Positions 48,182-50,278 of a stretch of DNA of 50,278 bases are shown here, in pieces (positions within the stretch are counted from its first letter, which is position 1; each line of letters begins with the position of its first letter). The position numbers and the translations under genes were made by a program. Origin of the DNA: Chiloscyllium plagiosum (lineage: Eukaryota); assembly GCF_004010195.1 (NCBI RefSeq), contig NW_025215358.1:35824-86101 (forward strand), given 5' to 3'. A model generated the notes under the pieces. It had not been told where the DNA came from and ran no database searches. It saw only the letters and a program-made list of their open reading frames with translations.

Positions 48182-48486
48182 ATTGGGACGCTGTACAGGA
48201 CATTGGTTAGGCCACTGTTGGAATATTGCGTGCAATTCTGGTCTCCTTCCTATCGGAAAGATGTTGTGAAACTTGAAAGGGTTCAGAAAAGATTTACAAG
48301 GATGTTAGCGAGTTTTGAAGAAGATTTGTAGCCAGGGTGGGGGTTTTGGGTGGAAGTCTGCTCACTGAGCTGGAAGTGCTGGCCAGGTGCTGGCTAATGG
48401 GACTAGATCAGTCTGAGGACATCTGGGTCGGCATGGACAAGTTGGACCGAAGGGTCTGTTTCCGTGCTGGACGTCTCTATGACTCC
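48182..48486 (+). mobile_element. CR1 3' fragments
   Basis: LYRTLVRPLLEYCVQFWSPSYRKDVVKLERVQKRFTRML plus CR1 3' UTR. Confidence 0.88.
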
Positions 48487-48993
48487 ATTACAGTCCTACA
48501 GTTGTAAACTTCAGCCTTGAGGCCGGGAATCCATGGAGTTTGAGGGAAATGGGGGAAAAGAAAACACACAAAGAGGAGAAAGAAGGAGAGAAACGGACAA
48601 GCCCCCGCTTAGCAACCCAACTCCGCCGCCATCTTGGAGCGGACGATGACGACACTTCAGGTCTGACTCCTCTTCGGAATCTTGCCTGGGCTTTCTCCTG
48701 GGGGATTTGGCCAAATCGCAATGATAATTGGGGCCAGGCACGGATCTGAAAGGGTTAATAGTGCCGTTAGTATCACCCACTCGGGAGATTGTGGATGGAC
48801 CAGAGAGGCTGAGCAGTTCTCAAACGGGTGAGACCCTCACCCTTCCACCTTGTCGCACTTTAAGTCTCTCTGACAATGTTTGTCATGTCGATGTAACCCG
48901 TACTCAGTTGGCAATCTGCAATAAACTAGATCCTGCTCAAGGCAGGGTCCTGTTCTGGGAAGTAGGTGTGTCTACCCCCACAGTGGGCCAAGT

Positions 48994-49705
48994 GGAGAAA
49001 GTGAGGGACTGCAGATGCTGGAGAGTCAGAGTCGGAGAGTGTGGTGCTGGAAAAGCGCAGCAGGTCAGGCAGCAGGGGCAGGAGAGTTGACGTTTCAGAA
49101 AAGAGGGAGCGGCCCAAGGGGGCTGAGAGATAAATGGGAGGGGGTCTGACTGCGGCAGGGGAAAGCCAGCTGGAAACGCGATAGGTAGATGAAAGTGGGG
49201 GGGGCCCAAATGATCCTTCCACATCCGGCAGAGATTTTCCTGCACCTCCAAACACCTCATACAGCGTCTGTTGCTCTCGTTGTGATCTTCTCTACATCGT
49301 GGAGACAGGATGCCAACTTGCAGACCGTTTCAGGGAACCACACACCAAACCTCCCCACCGCCCCGAACACTTCAACTTTCCCTCCCACTCCACAAAGGAC
49401 ATGCAAGTCCTTGGCCTCCTCCACCGCCAAACCCTAACCACCCGACTCCTGGAGGAAGAACGCCTCATCCTCCACCTTGGGACCCTCCAATCACACGAGG
49501 TCAATGTGGATTTCACCAGGTTCCTCATTTCCCCTCCCCCCCACCTTATCTCTATCCGCTCCACCCTCCTCTCCGACCTCCCACCTCCATCCACCTATCA
49601 CATTCTCAGCTACCTTCCCCCCAACCCCATCCCCCTCCCATTTATCTCTCAGCCCTGAGGGGCAGGAGAATCGACGTTTCGAGCACAAGCCCTTCATCGG
49701 GAATG
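48994..49705. mobile_element. Rearranged Penelope fragments (inverted terminal repeat, GIY-YIG, second terminal piece)
   Basis: ETGCQLADRFREP..HFNFPSHSTKDMQVLGL..LEEERLILHLGTLQ; mutated hammerhead at 49669-49704 (minus). Confidence 0.85.
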
Positions 49706-50137
49706 ATGAAGACATTGGCGTTACCCGTTGGCATGGAAATGCAAGCAGGAGTGGGCAGAGTGGCCTAACTTTGGACATATTCTACTGAAGCTGTTCAGGG
49801 AGTTTTATGACACACTGCTCTGGGCAGGTGGGGCTTGAACCTGGGCCTCCTGGGTTACAGATAGGGCCTTGTTTTTAAAAAAAAAGAAAGCGGGTACTAT
49901 CTTCAGGAGTGACCCTCCTGGTGTCAACTCCCCCAGTTCCCCGAGTCCGTTCCTAACATGGTCCAAGGCTGCCCCACCCAACCCCCACCCCACACCCTCC
50001 CCAGTCTCTCTTGGATTCAGGATCCATTGGGGCCTTTGCGTTGGGATGAGTTGTAGTACCTGCAGTGCCCACTACCAAACTGTTGGTGCTGTCCAACTTT
50101 CCGGAACATTCCCACTCCAGTGTCAGTGTTAACCTCT

Positions 50138-50278
50138 CAGATTCTGGATTAGTGGTGCTGGAAGAGCACAGCAGTTCAGGCAGCATCCGAGGACAGGCAA
50201 AATCGCAGCAAAAGCCCTTCATCAGGAATAAAGGCAGTGAGCCTGGAGCCTGGAGAGATAAGCTAGAGGAGGGTGGGG
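50138..50278 (-). mobile_element. Penelope terminal-repeat fragment running off the window
   Basis: GTGGTGCTGGAAGAGCACAGCAG..CCCTTCATCAGGAAT. Confidence 0.8.

Noticed and set aside
50041..50057. ZNF143/THAP11-like ACTACA...TCCCA motif on minus strand
   Set aside because: Spacing is three bases longer than the consensus.

Overview
Vertebrate nuclear DNA, almost certainly from a shark (HE1-type V-SINEs, CR1 and Penelope families typical of elasmobranchs; species not determinable). The window is repeat-dominated and contains three N gaps. I could not support any host protein-coding gene. Recognisable content: many truncated CR1 LINEs, one RTE and one Rex/Babar fragment, L2-like relics, Penelope RT/GIY-YIG fragments whose terminal repeats carry minimal hammerhead-ribozyme motifs, about a dozen HE1-like SINEs, three solo LTRs, three Tc1/mariner (Tigger/pogo-like) MITEs, several minisatellites (two derived from SINEs), local direct and inverted duplications, and one tRNA-Leu-like gene. 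The best leads are: (1) an anticodon-shifted tRNA-Leu fused without a Pol III terminator to an HE1 SINE, with the whole unit splitting one minisatellite repeat, suggesting a composite retrotransposed Pol III transcript; (2) short hammerhead-bearing Penelope-derived inserts flanked by direct repeats (retrozyme-like), with two distinct hammerhead families; (3) heat-shock elements conserved in a solo-LTR promoter and multiplied in a degenerate minisatellite. Family names come from recalled motifs, not database searches, and repeat boundaries are approximate unless stated.
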